Positions 61,418 through 64,000 of a DNA stretch of 64,000 bases are shown piece by piece. This DNA is from Tubiluchus corallicola (taxonomy: Eukaryota; Animalia; Priapulida): NCBI GenBank assembly GCA_030141605.1, contig JAQGDQ010000862.1:22938-86937 (forward strand), written 5' to 3'. Position 1 is the first letter of the stretch. Each line of letters starts with the position of its first letter. The translations under genes were made by a program, and so were the position numbers. The notes under the pieces are model-generated. The model did not search any database. It saw nothing but the letters and a program-made list of their open reading frames with translations, and was not told where the DNA came from.

Positions 61418-62045
61418 TTAGTCTTTAGCCGACTAAGAGGTTTTAATATTAGAATAACGAACAAGTGAGGTAAACCAAAGTCTGTGGCAAGTTGGCATAG
61501 ATATATGAGGGCACTAAGGTTAAAAAGTGGCTTTTCACTATTGTACTATATTATCTATGCTTGGTTTCTCAAGTCTTGTGAAAATTTTCGTAATAGCCTG
61601 ACGATTTTCACAGTTTTATTCTAAGACATCCACATTGTTGATCCTGTAAAATTTTATCTTCATTAGCTTCTAGCTTTAGTCACCTGTACAGTTTTCTCTA
61701 TATTACTAATTGAAAAATGTCCATTAATACGAAATTTCCTCAACAGATCATTAGAAAAATCTCTTTGCAAAAGTGTTGGCGGAATTGGAGGTTTTCAGAA
61801 CTTCTCAGTTATGAAAGCAAACACATGGTGCTGCCAGAAACAAAGTAAATTCCAGAATTCTAACTACATAAAAGACCATGGTGGTAATAAGCATGAGTAA
61901 AACTTTTCAATAAAAGCAAGGCACGATTGCGTGACAAATAGAAAAAATATCATTACTAGTAAGAAAATTTTCTGCATCAATATAAAAATATGAACAAACA
62001 TTCGTGGGGTAATTTTTTGCTCAACCATGGTCGGCTAAGGGTTAA
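61418..62045. mobile_element. piggyBac-like MITE (~630 bp)
   Basis: Left TTAGTCTTTAGCCGAC versus the reverse complement of the right end TTAACCCTTAGCCGAC (13/16 identical); right end GTCGGCTAAGGG-TTAA. Confidence 0.55.
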
Positions 62046-62329
62046 ATATGTTGCATTTATATGACTTTGTTACCACGTTTGTTACCCAACATATTTGAAA
62101 GCATGTTTGTTTTCAATAATGACAACAGATAGACAACATAATAAATTTCACTTTCCGAATGTTCTGAAAGAAGAGTTTGGTGTCGGGAGGTGGCAATTTT
62201 TGTTGAGCGCATCCATCAACGCTATAGCATTCTTTTCTGTTATCTTGCTTGCGACACCTTGATTATAGAATGGCTGCAAGCACGGTAACGTGTGGAGTCG
62301 GTGTTTAGGAGGCTATTGATGCTGGTTAT

Positions 62330-62935
62330 GGTGAGGTAGTGGCATTGGACATAATCTGCCTGTGAGAAGCACAGAGGGTTATAATTTCTGATGCTAATAA
62401 AGAAAGGGTGAAGGTCATGAAACAGTCTGAATGGAAGAAAGAAATAAAGAATAAGATAGAATGTTTTATAAAGAATGAATGTGCAGAAAAATGCAGGAGC
62501 AGCACTAAATTAAAATTTTTAAGGCACACCGAGTGGAAACGACAAAATTAAATAGACACTTAATAATAGAGACTTAAATAAAGAGGTTAAAGATATATTG
62601 AAAATAAAACTGAATATGATTAAAGTTAAAAGGAACTGCAAGAATGAGTTTAAGGATCAGTTATTATGCCCAGTGTGTGGGGAAGATGATGATACTACTG
62701 AACATATGCTTAGATGCGACAGTTATGGAGAATGGAATAAAATTTTTAACTCAGATATATTAATGAACAATGAAAAGGAAGGATTGCTAGAAATTAGAAA
62801 TCTAGTGAACGAATGCATGGAATACAGGATAAAGACAAATAAAGACATTAAACTTGGAAAAGACAACTAAAAGATCAGCATTATAGAAGAATAGACTTTG
62901 CACCCTATAAAGGTGCCCGCCTCTGATAGGTGGAG
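62330..62935 (+). mobile_element. 3' end of a non-LTR retrotransposon with CCHC zinc knuckle
   Basis: STKLKFL...ILKIKLNMIKVKRN...CPVCGEDDDTTEHMLRC is the C-x2-C-x8-H-x3-C knuckle found after LINE RT domains. Confidence 0.7.
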
Positions 62936-63000
62936 AGAATCGAGTATCGCAATCGAGGCTTCTGCTACGAAACTACTGCCGGAAGCTATATAATTAGGCT
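62935..63000 (+). promoter_or_regulatory. Candidate promoter of the CRELD-like gene
   Basis: Short CpG-dense patch in CpG-poor DNA with an ETS-type CCGGAAG (62979-62985), ~120 bp before the ATG. Confidence 0.35.
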
Positions 63001-63101
63001 TACAACTATTTTATAAAACTTGTGTAAATATAATTTGTATATAAAAATTTAGTTGTCATTTTACTTGCTTTTAATATATTGATTTGCTATTTCTTACAGT
63101 C

Positions 63102-63251
63102 ATGAGGATGACAGAATTACTGAGAGACGTGCTGCGTTTATGCACAGTTTATTTACTAATCAGTCTACTAGATGGTGCCACATCTGATAAGCCTGCTCAT
63201 AAGCCAAATGCTTGTGAGATTTGTCGTAATTTTGTTGATACATTTAAAAAG
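63102..63251 (+). CDS. CRELD: First coding exon of a CRELD-like (cysteine-rich with EGF-like domains) protein; rest of gene not seen in the window
   Basis: ttcttacag acceptor 2 nt before the ATG. Signal-peptide-like MRMTELLRDVLRLCTVYLLISLLDGATS is followed by ACEICRNFVDTFKK, matching the CRELD N-terminal C..CR.LVD.F.K thioredoxin-like motif. Ends AAG|gtttgt in phase 0. Confidence 0.75.
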
Positions 63252-63509
63252 GTTTGTCAGCTTGTTTATGTACTGCTACTTAAATGTTAGAATCTAAAAT
63301 ATTCTGTGTAAATTTATTTCAAGTATTCACTTTTTTGTCAGTAGATAATGCAGTCTATTTTCTTGTATTTGGCATTAGCAAATTATTAGTGATGTTGCGA
63401 GTGTATATAATTAGTGAGTATATAATTATTACTAGTGATGAAGATAGTATTAGTGACATTTTCACATTGGGAACCATGAACTAAATTTTGCAATTTAAAT
63501 TTGAAGTTT

Positions 63510-63862
63510 CAATGCCCATTTACGTAAGAATCACAATTGTTGTCAGCTTGTCAACTTCTCCCTGAGAGTAAAGTAGCACATGTGAACAACTTTGGCAACT
63601 TCTCTCGCAACTTGTTGCACAACTTCTCTCTGAAAGCAAAATAGCACGTGTGAGCAGCTTGGGAACTTTTCTCGCAACTTGTTGCACAACTTCTTTCTGA
63701 GAGTAATGTAGCAGGTGTGAACAGCTTGACAATTTGTCTTGCAATTTATTGCGCAAGTTAACTCTCAGCAACTCTCGCTCTGTTCGCACATGCGACCCTA
63801 CTGTTAGAGAGAAGTTGTGCCACGAGTTGTAAGAGATGTCTCTACATCTGAACGTGCCATTA
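63510..63862. mobile_element. Probable MITE with internal repeats (Harbinger-like ends) in the CRELD intron
   Basis: Imperfect inverted ends AATGCCCATTTAC / GAACGTGCCATT; internal tandem CTCGCAACTTGTTGCACAACTTCT and inverted GAGAGAAGTTGTGC. Confidence 0.45.
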
Positions 63863-64000
63863 GCGTATGAATTTATGATAGTGATTTTATATTCTATTCC
63901 ACACTGTAAATTTTATACCATAAATATTTTAAATATAACTTAACCTTTTCGCTACATAGTTGCTTATTAACAGGGCCACATTGGATTTTGCACATTTGAC

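Overview
AT-rich (roughly one third GC by eye), repeat-dominated eukaryotic DNA, most likely from an invertebrate animal. I saw no prokaryotic features, rRNA, tRNA or CRISPR. Host-gene content is small and mostly invisible in the ORF track. It comprises three spliced exons of a Fringe-type beta-1,3-GlcNAc-transferase on the minus strand (30267-32495), a single-exon GXYLT/shams-type GT8 xylosyltransferase copy with a frameshift and a nonsense codon (52381-53549), and the first coding exon of a CRELD-like gene (63102-63251). The rest is transposon-derived. This includes a near-intact full-length RTE-clade LINE with a 13-bp target-site duplication (TSD) and a hairpin-rich 5' leader (37709-40875), a decayed piggyBac, a deleted Gmr1-like Gypsy element plus a separate SCAN-like gag fragment, several LINE relics, hAT and piggyBac-type MITEs, and a THAP relic. 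There are also micro- and minisatellites and an abundant modular dispersed repeat family whose blocks are often bounded by piggyBac-like TTAA ends. All family calls come from motif recognition by eye, not database searches. I found no unambiguous new biological system. The best leads are the RTE 5' RNA structure, the TTAA-bounded modular repeat, and the co-location of three genes tied to EGF repeats.
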